64,000 nucleotides of DNA. Source: Cyanophyceae cyanobacterium (GTDB lineage Bacteria; Cyanobacteriota; Cyanobacteriia; Cyanobacteriales; Laspinemataceae). Positions within the stretch are counted from its first letter, which is position 1; every line of letters starts with the position of its first letter. The stretch spans positions 1 through 64,000 of the forward strand of contig JBBQFN010000002.1 of the NCBI GenBank assembly GCA_038321985.1. The letters run 5' to 3'. A program made the translations under genes and the position numbers. Under the pieces are notes generated by a model. It was given only the letters and a program-made list of their open reading frames with translations. It had not been told where the DNA came from and did no database searches. Positions 38,937 through 50,118 of this stretch are shown piece by piece.

Positions 38937-39296
38937 TTAGAGTAAAAAGGTTTCGATGGAGCTACTCACTAACGCAAGCGCCAATGCCCCAAAAACAGCA
39001 GTTGTGAGGCCCTTTTCCAAGCGGAAACCAGGAACCAAACGAGCGGCCACAGCAAAAACAATCACGTTCATCACAAAGGCAAATAACCCTGACAGCAATC
39101 CCAAAGTCAGCACGTTGGGGATGAAGAAGAGAGCTTTAAGCAGGGGTAAAATTAAAACATTTAATCCCCCCAACGCAGCAGCCGCGACGACTGCTTTCGG
39201 CGGACTTTCAATCTCAATTCCTAGGGGCAATCGAGAAATTAACAATAAGCTACTGAAGGTCACTAACCAGGCAATCAAAATCTCTACAGGTTGCAT
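38937..39296 (-). CDS. YvlD/DUF360 'phage holin family' 4-TM membrane protein
   Basis: GIEIES, LNVLILPLL, LTLGLL, PGFRL motifs; likely ATG at 39296. Confidence 0.85.
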   Translation of the reverse strand: MQPVEILIAWLVTFSSLLLISRLPLGIEIESPPKAVVAAAALGGLNVLILPLLKALFFIPNVLTLGLLSGLFAFVMNVIVFAVAARLVPGFRLEKGLTTAVFGALALALVSSSIETFLL

Positions 39297-39607
39297 TGTT
39301 ATATTTTCCTTTAATCTAAAGAGCAAATCAAACTTTCACTCTTTCACCTTATCTCTTGTCCTCGGACATGACCTCTGCTTTAAGATATAACTCTCTGTGC
39401 CGAAAGGTGATTTTCGCTGGGCTGCATGGAACATTTTTTAGATTAAAACCCCTTGCCCAATTCAGTCTACTAAAACCTATACCTTAAAAGCTGCGGCTAT
39501 CGGCTATACAGACAAAACTTGCCCGATAGCCGCACCCTACATATACTGGGTGTTGGTTTTAGAGAGCTTCAAGAACCGAATGAAATATCAAAATCAACAG
39601 CAGTTGA

Positions 39608-41926
39608 TTACGCTTCAATCACCACGCGCAGATTGCCGCGTTTTTTCGTAACCCGGCAGGCGGTGGTAGTTCCGGACCGCTCAAATTCTAAATCGAGTAA
39701 GGTTGATCCGACTCGCAGATTCTGCATAGACAGACTGTCGATCCCCTCCGGTAGGGCGGGATCGATAATTCTTAGATAATTTCCCGGCGCATCCGGCACC
39801 AAATTCGCCATTATATGAATGAATTGGAAGATACTGCCACTCGCCCAGGCTTGCGGAGAACAGGCGACGGGATACTGTACAGGTTCATTTCCCTCACTGC
39901 GATCATATCCACAGAACAGTTCTGGAGGACGTTGATAGGGTTGCATAATCGTCATATCCAGGATACTTTGGGTCACTTCCAGAGCTTGATCAATGCACCC
40001 TTGCGATCGCAATCCCAAAGCAATCAAGGCGTTATCGTGAGGCCAAACTGACCCGGTATGATATCCCATGGGATTGTAGGCCGGAGATAAGCGGCTGAGG
40101 GTGCGAATCCCCCACCCACTAAACAAATCCGGTGCCAGGAGTCGTTCCGCGACACTTTGTGCCTTTTCTGGAGTAAAAATGCCCAAATTCAAACAATGGC
40201 CGGGATTGGAGGCAATACCATCTACTGGCTTGCCTTGCCCATCCAAGGCTAAGGCGCAGAAATCCAGGTCAGAGACCCAAAAATCCCGGTTGAAGCGGTT
40301 TTTCAAGTTGCGGGCCTCTTCTTCCCAACGTTCGGCTAAATCCAGGCGCTTTTTCAACCGTGCCAGTTCGCTGAGGCGCTGTTTGGCCCCATAGACGTAA
40401 GCCTGGACTTCACATAAGGCGATCGGGGCGTCGGCTAATTTGCCATCGCGATCGACGATGCAATCGCTTGAGTCTTTCCAACCTTGGTTAGCTAAACCCC
40501 GATTTGATTTACAAGCATAAGTGAGATAACCGCTGGATTCCATCTCGCGATCGATCCATTCCATCGCCGCTATGGCATTCTCCCACAGGCGATCGAGGGT
40601 GTCTCGGTCGTGAGTCCAGGCGTAGTATTCTGCATAAAGCATCAACCATAGGGGAGTCGCATCGACGGTCCCGTAATAGGGAGTATGAGGAACTTCGTTA
40701 CATCGTGCCATTTCCCCTAGGCGGATTTCATGCAAAATCTTGCCCGGTTGTTCATCGCGCCATTCATCCCAGGTTTTACCTTGATATTCCGCCAGAATTT
40801 CCAGGGTCGATCGCGCGATCGCCGGGTCTAAAATTAGGGTCTGAGATGCTGCAATAATCGAGTCCCGGCCGAACAAGGTGGAAAACCAAGGAATTCCTGC
40901 GGATAGGGCTTTGCCTTTCCCCCAACTTTGCCGCAGCAGATAAATATCTTGTTCCGCTTGCTCGATCGCCTGGTTGATAGCTTTATTATTTGTGCGAATC
41001 CGGGTGGCAGCATTGCGCCACTCTTCCTCTTCCATCAAAACCGATGCTTTCGCCTGAACCAGACTCCCGGGCTTATCTCCAGCGTTTGTGGGCCGGCTGT
41101 CCGTCAGCAATTGCAGCCGATAGCCAAATACTTGAGTTTCGTGAGAGTCGATCTCTAAGTTCCAGACGCCCGTATATCCATCCAGATAATCGGGTTGGCG
41201 ATGGACAAACTTGATGCGCGATTCCATCACCGAACCGTCCAGCCCTTTGTAGGCTAATATTAGCTCCTCGGGCCGGTTCATCTGATGAGAAGAATTCACC
41301 GATCGCCCGGGGTTTTCTTCTTCTTGCATCGGTTCTTCTGGATTATCCCCATGTTCCCCTGCACCATTGCCATTGTGCGATCCATTATTGTCGGGTTGAT
41401 CCTGTCGCAGAAGCTGCCCTCGGGCCTCCCGACTAAATCCCCGAATTTCAAACAAATCTACAAAATCCGCCCCAAAGCTCAGGGTGAGTTGAAATTTAAC
41501 CGGCTGGGTGTTATAGTTTGTTACCTTGAGTTCTTCAAACAATCCGCCATTTAAGATAATATCCCGTTGAATGCCGATAGTCTCCGCCCGAATGCGATCG
41601 CCAATCCGGGGATTGGCGCACAATACAGACATGGCGAAACCCTTACGAGCATTGCTACTCAGCAGAATGGGTGCATGAGCCTCAATCTGGAGTTCTAAGC
41701 GACTTAAGAAGCGGGTATCGTGACAGAACAAACCCATGCTACCTTGACGTTCGTCTGTGAGCAAACCTGCGATATTGCCAATAGTATCGGTAATTAAAAA
41801 TAGATCGTCATCTTTGAGGGTGAGGGTTGGTTGGGGATGTTCACTCACCACACTCGGCCACTTGGCGATCTCTGCTGCTTCAGCGGGAACGAATAATTTC
41901 CCTTCGATTTCTACGGTATCTGACAT
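39608..41926 (-). CDS. Amylo-alpha-1,6-glucosidase (glycogen debranching, GDE_C type)
   Basis: DTRFLS, AGIPWFSTLFGRDS, EQPGKILHE, YYGTVDAT, NQGWKDS, YHTGSVWPHDN, CSPQAWA. Confidence 0.92.
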   Translation of the reverse strand: MSDTVEIEGKLFVPAEAAEIAKWPSVVSEHPQPTLTLKDDDLFLITDTIGNIAGLLTDERQGSMGLFCHDTRFLSRLELQIEAHAPILLSSNARKGFAMSVLCANPRIGDRIRAETIGIQRDIILNGGLFEELKVTNYNTQPVKFQLTLSFGADFVDLFEIRGFSREARGQLLRQDQPDNNGSHNGNGAGEHGDNPEEPMQEEENPGRSVNSSHQMNRPEELILAYKGLDGSVMESRIKFVHRQPDYLDGYTGVWNLEIDSHETQVFGYRLQLLTDSRPTNAGDKPGSLVQAKASVLMEEEEWRNAATRIRTNNKAINQAIEQAEQDIYLLRQSWGKGKALSAGIPWFSTLFGRDSIIAASQTLILDPAIARSTLEILAEYQGKTWDEWRDEQPGKILHEIRLGEMARCNEVPHTPYYGTVDATPLWLMLYAEYYAWTHDRDTLDRLWENAIAAMEWIDREMESSGYLTYACKSNRGLANQGWKDSSDCIVDRDGKLADAPIALCEVQAYVYGAKQRLSELARLKKRLDLAERWEEEARNLKNRFNRDFWVSDLDFCALALDGQGKPVDGIASNPGHCLNLGIFTPEKAQSVAERLLAPDLFSGWGIRTLSRLSPAYNPMGYHTGSVWPHDNALIALGLRSQGCIDQALEVTQSILDMTIMQPYQRPPELFCGYDRSEGNEPVQYPVACSPQAWASGSIFQFIHIMANLVPDAPGNYLRIIDPALPEGIDSLSMQNLRVGSTLLDLEFERSGTTTACRVTKKRGNLRVVIEA

Positions 41927-42081
41927 GATTTTAAAACTTTCGCGTCAACATTAAAAAGGCAGTCGCAGAAATTTAGACTGAGCCAAATTTTTTACGACCG
42001 CCTTATTCATTATAACTTTCTATTTTAGGATGACCGAGGTTTGGGGCAGCCACCTCGGAATGGGGGATAAATCTCTTGCCT

Positions 42082-42161
42082 GGGACGCGCTACACTCAGG
42101 GTTAAAAACCCGGTTTCTAATCCTGGGAGACGCTACAGCCAGGGTTAAAAACCGGGTTTCT
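42082..42161. repeat. Imperfect direct repeat containing the aaacccggtttct-type palindrome
   Basis: gctacactcagggttaaaaacccggtttct and gctacagccagggttaaaaaccgggtttct; similar palindrome near 59570. Confidence 0.6.
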
Positions 42162-42200
42162 TGTCCTATTTCTCTGGGTAAATCTCACCCATCTAAGACA

Positions 42201-43271
42201 TTAGGCCACATTCAGACTGAGAACACTTCCATTTTTGGTAAAGCGTTCCGCCATAATTTGCTGATATACGGCTTCGTAGCCTTCCGTCATGCACGCGACG
42301 CTGAAATGGGCCAGAACGCGATCGCGGCACTCGTAACGGTTCAAATTAGCGGCTTTATCAATCGCCGCAATGCATTCATCCAACGTCTGACATAAGAAGC
42401 CGGATTTGCCTTCGGCGATTACTTCCGGCGTCGCCCCCATTTCCATTGCAATGACTGGCGTTCCCGTCGCCATCGATTCGATCATCACCAACCCAAAGGG
42501 TTCGCGCCAGGTAATCGGGAATAAAGTAGCAACCGCGCCCCCCAATAACTCACATTTCTGATTGTGGTCTGCTTCTCCTAAGTATTGGATCTGCTTGCCG
42601 TCAATTTGTGGGGCAATCTCCCGCTCAAAAAACTCGCGATCGACCTGATCCACTTTCCCGGCCATCTTCAACTGCCAACCCGACTGTTTGGCAATCTTGA
42701 TCGCCAAATGAGGGCCTTTTTCGGGGGAGAGCCTGCCTAAAAAGGCTAAGTAGGGGGGAGTCTGCGCTTGCGATCGGAACTCATAAATCGTTGGATCAAT
42801 GCCATTATAAACCGTCTCAACGCAGTTGAGTCCCAATCGAGGCTCTCGTTGTGCGTTAGAAATGCTCACATAATATTGATCACGGGCATAAGTGAATAGC
42901 TTTTCATTATCTGGGGTGAAAATACCGTGCAGAGTGTGAACCGTCGGGGTTTTAACCAAGTTGGCATAGGAGAGCGCACTTGCCCCCATATGTGAGTGAA
43001 TAATATCAAATTCATCCGCTCGTTCGTAAACCTGGCTCAGTTGCAGCATTTCATAAATGCCATACTCTTTCACCGTCGGATCTGTCCGAATCGCTCGGGG
43101 ATGCACAGATTCCAACTTCGCTAATGTTATGGAATCGCCCGAGGCAAATAAGGTAACTTCATGTCCTTGGCGAACCAGTTCATCGGTGAGTAAACCCACG
43201 ACCAGTTCTATACCACCATAAGCGGGAGGGGGGACGCGTTCCCATAATGGTGCGACTTGGGCGATCCGCAT
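42201..43271 (-). CDS. Glycosyltransferase family 4
   Basis: MRIAQVAPLWERVPPPAYGGIE, FLGRLSPEKG, WREPFGLVMIESMA. Confidence 0.93.
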   Translation of the reverse strand: MRIAQVAPLWERVPPPAYGGIELVVGLLTDELVRQGHEVTLFASGDSITLAKLESVHPRAIRTDPTVKEYGIYEMLQLSQVYERADEFDIIHSHMGASALSYANLVKTPTVHTLHGIFTPDNEKLFTYARDQYYVSISNAQREPRLGLNCVETVYNGIDPTIYEFRSQAQTPPYLAFLGRLSPEKGPHLAIKIAKQSGWQLKMAGKVDQVDREFFEREIAPQIDGKQIQYLGEADHNQKCELLGGAVATLFPITWREPFGLVMIESMATGTPVIAMEMGATPEVIAEGKSGFLCQTLDECIAAIDKAANLNRYECRDRVLAHFSVACMTEGYEAVYQQIMAERFTKNGSVLSLNVA

Positions 43272-43989
43272 ATAAATCTCTCCTGTTTTAGTGAAAAAAA
43301 ATTAATGTTCAATAAAGCCGGTCAACGCATTAAAAACCGGCGTAACTTATTCTTTAACAGAACTTTAAATAAAGTGCGATGAATTCGTCAATTGCGCTCA
43401 AGTACGGAAAACCGCCCGCTTATAAGTTCGGTAAGTTCGACTTATTCTAAGCATACGGTTTAGCTTATGTATGATATAAATGCCAAAAACTTACGCAACT
43501 TGTTTTAGTTTGTAGTTGCTCGTGCACTTAAATCAATAAAACCCGAAAAATTCAAGGGTGCAGCTCCAGGGGACCAGCTATGCGGGGGCAGTGTCAAGAG
43601 AAAAGAGGTCTTTGACAACCCGATGGGGAATAAGGGAGTGCGAGAGTCTCCCTCGCGATCGAATCTGAGTAAAGACGCCAAGCCTAGGGTTCCTATTCTC
43701 TGATTTAGAGGCGCTATATTAGCGAGTTTAAATATGAAATATTACACTGAGCTAAATGTTTTTTTTAGTAAGAAAATCACTTTCCTAACCCTTGCATTCC
43801 GGCTGTCCAAGCCGTGATGAAAGTGATGGAAATGGGGAGGAATTAGAACAGCACCCGGGGTGATAGCCCGAGTCCCAGTCGCATAATCCGTCAGTGTAGT
43901 TCGGTTTTGCTCACTATAATTCTGAGTTTAACCTTGCTATCGTAGAACTATCGAAACCCTACAGATGAACTAAACCAAAGCAAAAAACC

Positions 43990-44328
43990 ATGAAAAACTT
44001 ATCCAATCGCGAGCATTCTTTCTTTAAAAACGAATCCGAAGGCGAGAATACCTTGTGGGAATATATGCAAGAACTGCATCCGGAGACGATCGCCAAACTG
44101 TCGCAACCCTCCAATCCTGCGGCTGAAATCATGGAACGCAACCTCAGGGGAATGTTAGGAGCTTTGCCTCCGGAACATTTCGGCGTCACGATTACCACCA
44201 GTCGCGAAAATCTCGGTCGGTTGTTAGCCTCTGCCATGATGAGCGGTTACTTTTTACATAATGCTGAACAGCGGCAGGTGTTAGAACAGTCCATGCAAGT
44301 TGGGGCGATCGACTCCCCAGAATCTTAA
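43990..44328 (+). CDS. DUF760 domain protein
   Basis: LWEYMQ..PETIAKLS, LGALPPEHF, TSRENLGRLLASAMMSGYFL. Confidence 0.88.
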   Translation: MKNLSNREHSFFKNESEGENTLWEYMQELHPETIAKLSQPSNPAAEIMERNLRGMLGALPPEHFGVTITTSRENLGRLLASAMMSGYFLHNAEQRQVLEQSMQVGAIDSPES

Positions 44329-44364
44329 AGGCGGTAAGGTTAGCGGCGAAGTCCCTGCCTGGAA

Positions 44365-45006
44365 CTATTCCTTTCTTTTTTGCGTTGGATGTTCGCGTCC
44401 CACGATGTTTTCAATGGCCGCTACCGCCGCCGCCGAACCCGCTAAAATATCCCGTTCCTCTCCCCCAAGATAAAGGCGGCCAAAACTGCCGACCGCCTGC
44501 ACTTGTAAAATATTAATCAAGGCGGCTTTTTCTGCCTCATTTGCCGCTAGAGCAGCATAGGCGGCAGGTTCAACTTCTAAAACGTACAAGGTTTGACCGG
44601 CTAGCAGCATTTGGCCGCGTCGGTTACGATTGATCAGTTGAGTTTGATGGGGATCGACATTGCGGATAATTTGACTCGACACAATGCGCGGTTTGAGGCG
44701 ATCGCTCTCCCGCACCCCCAGAGCCTCTAAAATCGCTCTACCTGCCGCTCTCGTTTCCCCCTGACTGCTGGAATGAATTTCTAGTAAACCATACAGTCTT
44801 TCTACAAATTGCACCCCCGGACGAACCGATGTCGATTTCAGCGCGACATCGGTGATTCGGTTGATTTCGATTCCAGGGGAGATTTCAATCCACAGGGACG
44901 CGTCTCCGGGTAGGGGCAAGAACCCCAGGGCCACAGTCCCGATATAGGCGGCGTGTTGGGACTGCAAGTTGTCTAAAAATACATAACTTCGTAGTTCTAT
45001 CCCCAA
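44365..45006 (-). CDS. ccmP: Carboxysome tandem-BMC shell protein CcmP
   Basis: [51 protein letters not shown]. Confidence 0.88.
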   Translation of the reverse strand: MGIELRSYVFLDNLQSQHAAYIGTVALGFLPLPGDASLWIEISPGIEINRITDVALKSTSVRPGVQFVERLYGLLEIHSSSQGETRAAGRAILEALGVRESDRLKPRIVSSQIIRNVDPHQTQLINRNRRGQMLLAGQTLYVLEVEPAAYAALAANEAEKAALINILQVQAVGSFGRLYLGGEERDILAGSAAAVAAIENIVGREHPTQKRKE

Positions 45007-45220
45007 GGTTTAATTCTCCTGTGTTTGGGCAAAATGCCCGCTGTGCTGCAACCTTTGAGTGTATCTCATTTTCGGGAACCGTTGGCACAGGTGGGAGTGT
45101 TTTGACCCCAGGGACAAGGAACGGCCTTGTCCGGACCTGGATTGAGGGGGAGATTTTAGGGTGGGGAGTGCCTTGACTGCGAGGCAGTCGTGGATTTTGA
45201 AATCCGGCACCGGCGATCGC

Positions 45221-45496
45221 TCAGGAGGGAAATTCAGGAGAGGTATTGTCCTGGACCACCGATCGCACTTCACTTGGAGAGAGTGCGACGAGCTTTTGTG
45301 TTGCTCGAACTTGGGTCGGTTGATTTTCTAGTTGTTGCCGTTCTAGCAGTTCCCAATCGAGCGCCATCTTCGTATAGCGCCTAGATGCTGCGCGATCGAT
45401 TCCTAAAGACTCTGCCACTTCGTTAAGATTTAACCATTCCGGTTGATTGCGAAGCCGATGTAAATAGCGCGTGAGAATATCCTGATTGACTTTCAT
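45221..45496 (-). CDS. Small hypothetical protein with HTH-like segment
   Basis: LNEVAESLGIDRAASRRY resembles a helix-turn-helix. Confidence 0.5.
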   Translation of the reverse strand: MKVNQDILTRYLHRLRNQPEWLNLNEVAESLGIDRAASRRYTKMALDWELLERQQLENQPTQVRATQKLVALSPSEVRSVVQDNTSPEFPS

Positions 45497-45639
45497 GTTG
45501 GGGTCACGGTGAAAACTGCCTCGGGGATCTTTTTATGAATGATAAAACACCCGCGACATTCAACTCAACCGGATCCAGGGAAAGGCCGACTGCCCTCGCG
45601 CCAAAAGTCCCTACCCCAGTAACAGGGGAGGGAATCCAT

Positions 45640-45837
45640 TTAATCAATATTGGCGATTGTGAATCCCATCTGGCACTGATAGCGTTCCGGTTGAGCGTCC
45701 GAGCATTTTGCCATGACATAACCGCAACTCAGTTGTCCGCGACGCCACCGGGGTTGCCCGCTAGCATCCGCAAGTAAACAGCTTTGACAAACTTGCCGGG
45801 GAGCAAGAACTTGATTTTCCATTACAATAACCAGCAT
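45640..45837 (-). CDS. Small Cys-rich hypothetical protein
   Basis: GGAGG RBS then MLVIVMENQ..VCQSCLLAD..PRW..LSCG..YQCQMGF. Confidence 0.7.
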   Translation of the reverse strand: MLVIVMENQVLAPRQVCQSCLLADASGQPRWRRGQLSCGYVMAKCSDAQPERYQCQMGFTIANID

Positions 45838-46310
45838 TCGACACCTCCATTGCGATCGCCGATGCCACTGCATCTATCTTAAGTCAACAGTTATGAAATC
45901 CTGGGAAATTTGGGCTAAAGCTTAACGTTTCGTGATATTGGAAACCGTATCTTGGGTTGCATTTTTCCCGATTTTTTGCCCGGTAACAAGTTCTAGCCAC
46001 CTTTGGTCCCCTCCCTTGTATCTTCCGGCGGGTTAGGGTGCGGTTTCCGATATCGTGCGGTGTGGGTTTAATTTAGGGCAACCTGTAGTCGCCTGCCTTT
46101 GCCAAAGGAACGGCTTTTGGAAAAACGGGCTTCCAGACCGGGTAAAATTTGTACTATAATCAATAGTCTCAAATCCTGGAATTTTCCCGATCGCCCCCTG
46201 GTGGCCCCTGTGATTCTGGCTTCTGGACTCGCGCATCAAACAGCCCAGTTGATCTAGCCAGTTCCCCAAGATTTGTGATAGTTTTGTTTTCTTCTGATAG
46301 AGGTTCAGCC

Positions 46311-47594
46311 GTGACTCAGACTAACTTAGACTTCCTAGCGACCACCGATCCAGAGCTTACAGGTTACATCCAGCAGGAGTTGCAGCGCCAACGGGATGGC
46401 ATCGAACTGATTGCCAGCGAAAACTTTACCTCGGCAGCGGTTTTAGCCGCCCAAGGTTCCGTCCTCACCAACAAATACGCTGAAGGATTGCCCGGTAAAC
46501 GGTATTATGGCGGGTGCGAATTTGTTGATAAAATCGAACAACTGGCCATCGATCGCGCCAAACAGTTATTCGGTGCCGCTCATGCCAACGTGCAACCCCA
46601 TTCCGGCGCTCAGGCCAATTTTGCTGTATTCCTGGCCTTGTTGCAACCGGGCGATACCATTATGGGTATGGACCTTTCTCATGGGGGTCATTTAACCCAC
46701 GGGTCCCCGGTGAACGTCTCCGGTAAATGGTTTAAAGTCGAACATTACGGCGTCAGTCGCGAAACCGAACGCCTCGATTATGACCAAATTCGGGACTTGG
46801 CAAAGCAACATCAGCCGAAAATGATTATTTGCGGCTATTCTGCCTATCCGAGAATCATTGATTTTGAGAAATTCCGAGCGATCGCCGATGAAGTTGGGGC
46901 CTATCTCATGGCGGATATAGCCCACATTGCCGGGTTAGTCGCCACGGGACATCACCCCAGCCCCCTCTCTCACTGCCACGTTGTCACCACCACCACCCAC
47001 AAAACCCTACGCGGTCCTCGTGGCGGTTTAATCCTCACTAACGATGAGGAATTAGGCAAAAAATTCGATAAAGCTGTTTTTCCTGGCAGCCAAGGCGGAC
47101 CCTTGGAGCACGTGATTGCCGGAAAAGCCGTCGCGTTTGGGGAAGCACTCAAACCTGAGTTTAAAGCCTATTCGGGTCAAGTGATCGCTAATGCTCAGGC
47201 AATGGCTGGACAATTGCAAAAACGAGGACTAAAACTGGTTTCCGATGGCACCGATAATCATTTGATGCTGGTGGACTTGCGATCGGTGGATATGACCGGG
47301 AAACAAGCGGATAAACTGGTGAGCGAAGTGCATATCACCGCGAATAAAAACACAGTCCCCTTTGATCCGCAATCACCTTTCGTCACCAGTGGATTGCGCT
47401 TAGGGTCTCCGGCAATGACAACGCGCGGCATGGGAACGGCAGAATTTACGGAAATTGCCAATATCATCGCCGATCGCCTGTTAAACCCCGAGGATGAGTC
47501 AGTGGCAGCAGACTGTCGCCAACGGGTCGCCACTCTATGCGATCGCTTTCCACTCTATCCACATTTGACCATTCCCGTTCCTGCCTTAGCCTAA
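46311..47594 (+). CDS. glyA: Serine hydroxymethyltransferase
   Basis: GTG start; [35 protein letters not shown]. Confidence 0.97.
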   Translation: MTQTNLDFLATTDPELTGYIQQELQRQRDGIELIASENFTSAAVLAAQGSVLTNKYAEGLPGKRYYGGCEFVDKIEQLAIDRAKQLFGAAHANVQPHSGAQANFAVFLALLQPGDTIMGMDLSHGGHLTHGSPVNVSGKWFKVEHYGVSRETERLDYDQIRDLAKQHQPKMIICGYSAYPRIIDFEKFRAIADEVGAYLMADIAHIAGLVATGHHPSPLSHCHVVTTTTHKTLRGPRGGLILTNDEELGKKFDKAVFPGSQGGPLEHVIAGKAVAFGEALKPEFKAYSGQVIANAQAMAGQLQKRGLKLVSDGTDNHLMLVDLRSVDMTGKQADKLVSEVHITANKNTVPFDPQSPFVTSGLRLGSPAMTTRGMGTAEFTEIANIIADRLLNPEDESVAADCRQRVATLCDRFPLYPHLTIPVPALA

Positions 47595-47849
47595 AGGGTG
47601 AGGATAGGCCAGTTTGTAGTAACGGCTTCAGTTCTCGTGACTTGGCTCAAGCCAAGTCACGATGACCCCACCCTAACCCTCCCCGATGCCTTGGGGAGGG
47701 GACTGGAGGTGCAGTTAATCGTAAAAAAACTACTCTTGTCCGCACCTCCCTATTCCGCAATCCTTAATAAAACCTGGCTTTTTCAACGCCCGGGCAACGA
47801 TTCAAGCTAATATAAAAGATTGCACCCATCAACGAAGACCGCTGAAGTT

Positions 47850-49253
47850 ATGAGTAAGGGGACACTTTTCGATAAAGTTTGGAAGCTACATACCGTCGGT
47901 ACTCTCACCTCGGGACAAACCCAGTTGTTTATTGGACTGCACCTCATCCACGAAGTCACCAGCCCCCAAGCATTCGCCATGTTGCGCGAACGGGAACTGA
48001 AGGTGTTGTTTCCAGAACGGACTGTGGCAACCGTGGACCACATTGTGCCGACCGAAAATCAAGCGCGTCCCTTTGCCGATGTACTGGCAGAAGAGATGAT
48101 CGTAGCTTTAGAGGATAACTGTAAAGAGCATAACATTCGGTTTTATAATGTCGGGTCGGGACGGCAGGGAATCGTCCATGTGATCGCACCGGAACAAGGA
48201 CTCACTCAACCGGGAATGACGATCGCCTGTGGAGATTCGCACACCTCAACTCATGGTGCATTTGGGGCGATCGCCTTTGGGATTGGGACCAGCCAAGTGC
48301 GGGATGTACTCGCTTCCCAAACATTGGCCCTCGATAAGCTGAAAGTCCGCAAAATTGAAGTTAATGGTACTCTTAATCCGGGCGTCTATGCAAAAGATGT
48401 AGTGCTTCACATCATCCGTAAATTAGGCGTAAATGGTGGAGTCGGATATGCTTATGAATTTGCAGGAACCACCTTTGAGCAAATGTCAATGGAAGAACGG
48501 ATGACCGTTTGTAATATGTCCATTGAAGGCGGTGCAAGATGTGGATATGTCAACCCGGATCAAGTCACATTCGACTATCTCCAAGGTAGAGAATTCGCAC
48601 CGAAAGCGGAAGAGTGGGATAAGGCGGTGGAGTGGTGGAATAGTATCCGCAGTGATGCGGATGCGGAATACGATAATGTGGCAGTTTTTGATGCTGCTGA
48701 TATTTCCCCTACGGTAACTTGGGGAATTACACCGGGACAAGGAATTGGGATTAATGAAACTATTCCTACCCCGGAGGAATTATCAGATAGCGATCGGGCG
48801 ATCGCGCAAGAAGCCTATCGTTACATGAAGCTCAATCCTGGCGATCGGATTGCGGGTACTAAAGTAGATGTTTGCTTTGTCGGAAGCTGCACTAACGGAC
48901 GAATTAGTGATTTACGAGAAGCGGCAAAATTTGCTAAGGGTCGTCAAGTTGCTTCAGGGATTAAAGCCTTTATCGTTCCGGGTTCTGAGGATGTAAAAAA
49001 GCAAGCGGAAGCAGAAGGATTGGATAAAGTTTTTCTAGAAGCGGGCTTTGAATGGCGGGAATCAGGATGTTCGATGTGCTTGGCAATGAATCCTGATAAG
49101 TTGCAAGGGAGTCAAATTAGCGCATCTTCTTCTAATCGGAATTTCAAAGGTCGCCAAGGGTCATCGGAAGGTCGTACTTTATTAATGAGTCCGGCAATGG
49201 TGGTGGCTGCTGCTATTAATGGCGCTGTCTCTGATGTGCGGGATTTATTGTAG
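47850..49253 (+). CDS. leuC: 3-isopropylmalate dehydratase large subunit
   Basis: [38 protein letters not shown]. Confidence 0.97.
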   Translation: MSKGTLFDKVWKLHTVGTLTSGQTQLFIGLHLIHEVTSPQAFAMLRERELKVLFPERTVATVDHIVPTENQARPFADVLAEEMIVALEDNCKEHNIRFYNVGSGRQGIVHVIAPEQGLTQPGMTIACGDSHTSTHGAFGAIAFGIGTSQVRDVLASQTLALDKLKVRKIEVNGTLNPGVYAKDVVLHIIRKLGVNGGVGYAYEFAGTTFEQMSMEERMTVCNMSIEGGARCGYVNPDQVTFDYLQGREFAPKAEEWDKAVEWWNSIRSDADAEYDNVAVFDAADISPTVTWGITPGQGIGINETIPTPEELSDSDRAIAQEAYRYMKLNPGDRIAGTKVDVCFVGSCTNGRISDLREAAKFAKGRQVASGIKAFIVPGSEDVKKQAEAEGLDKVFLEAGFEWRESGCSMCLAMNPDKLQGSQISASSSNRNFKGRQGSSEGRTLLMSPAMVVAAAINGAVSDVRDLL

Positions 49254-49258
49254 GAAAT

Positions 49259-49284
49259 AACGACAGCAATTCGTTACGACGAAC
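49259..49284. repeat. REP-like palindrome, copy 1
   Basis: aacgacagcaattcgttacgacgaac, 24/26 identical to 52329-52354. Confidence 0.65.
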
Positions 49285-49402
49285 GGGGGAGAAATCGCAA
49301 AATTATGGTAGTCGGTTTTAACCGAATTTAGCTATTAGCCCGCCAACGTTAAAAACCCCAGGGGATGTTGCGATCCACAGCAAATCAAGGAGAAAAATAT
49401 AG

Positions 49403-49996
49403 ATGAGTAGTGAAGTAAAAATCATTCAGGGCAGGGGAATTCCGGTTATTGGGAATGATATTGATACCGATCGCATTATTCCGGCACGGTTTTTACGCTG
49501 TGTGACTTTTGATGGATTGGGTGAACAAGTGTTTAAGGACGATCGCGCCCAATCGAATGGCACCCATCCCTTTGATCAACCCCAATATCAAGGGGCGAAA
49601 CTGTTAGTGGTGAATGCCAATTTTGGTTGTGGTTCCAGTCGTGAACACGCACCCCAGGCGATCGCCCGGTGGGGAATTGACGGGATTATTGGAGAAAGTT
49701 TTGCGGAAATTTTCTTTGGAAATTGTGTAGCGATGGGAGTTGCCTGTGTAACGGCTGAACCGGCGACTGTGAGAACATTGCAAGAGGCGATCGCAGCTCA
49801 TCCCACCCTAGAAATGACCTTAGATTTAGAGGCGAGACAGGTGCAGTTTCAGGGATTTAGTGCAGCGGTGAAAATGGCAGCAGGCCCTCACCAAATGCTC
49901 ACCAGTGGTACCTGGGATACCTGCGGACAACTGGTGGGTAATACCGATTCTGTCCGCGCCACAGCCTCTTTACTGCCCTATCTCGCCTGGAAATAG
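49403..49996 (+). CDS. leuD: 3-isopropylmalate dehydratase small subunit
   Basis: [34 protein letters not shown]. Confidence 0.96.
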   Translation: MSSEVKIIQGRGIPVIGNDIDTDRIIPARFLRCVTFDGLGEQVFKDDRAQSNGTHPFDQPQYQGAKLLVVNANFGCGSSREHAPQAIARWGIDGIIGESFAEIFFGNCVAMGVACVTAEPATVRTLQEAIAAHPTLEMTLDLEARQVQFQGFSAAVKMAAGPHQMLTSGTWDTCGQLVGNTDSVRATASLLPYLAWK

Positions 49997-50118
49997 CATC
50001 CGAATTGGAGGGGGGTATCTTGCCCCCTAAATGCCTTAACTTTTCGATTGTTTCTCTCAATTTTTAGCGAGTTTAGCGATTAGGTAGAAATTGAAAACCT
50101 TATTCGATAAAACAAGCC

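Noticed and set aside
38937..39296. Prophage suggested by a 'phage holin family' gene
   Set aside because: DUF360/YvlD is a common chromosomal membrane protein, and no phage genes are nearby
43560..43960. Possible ncRNA or tRNA in the long GT4-DUF760 intergenic region
   Set aside because: Only short stems; no cloverleaf, T-loop or riboswitch consensus that I could recognise
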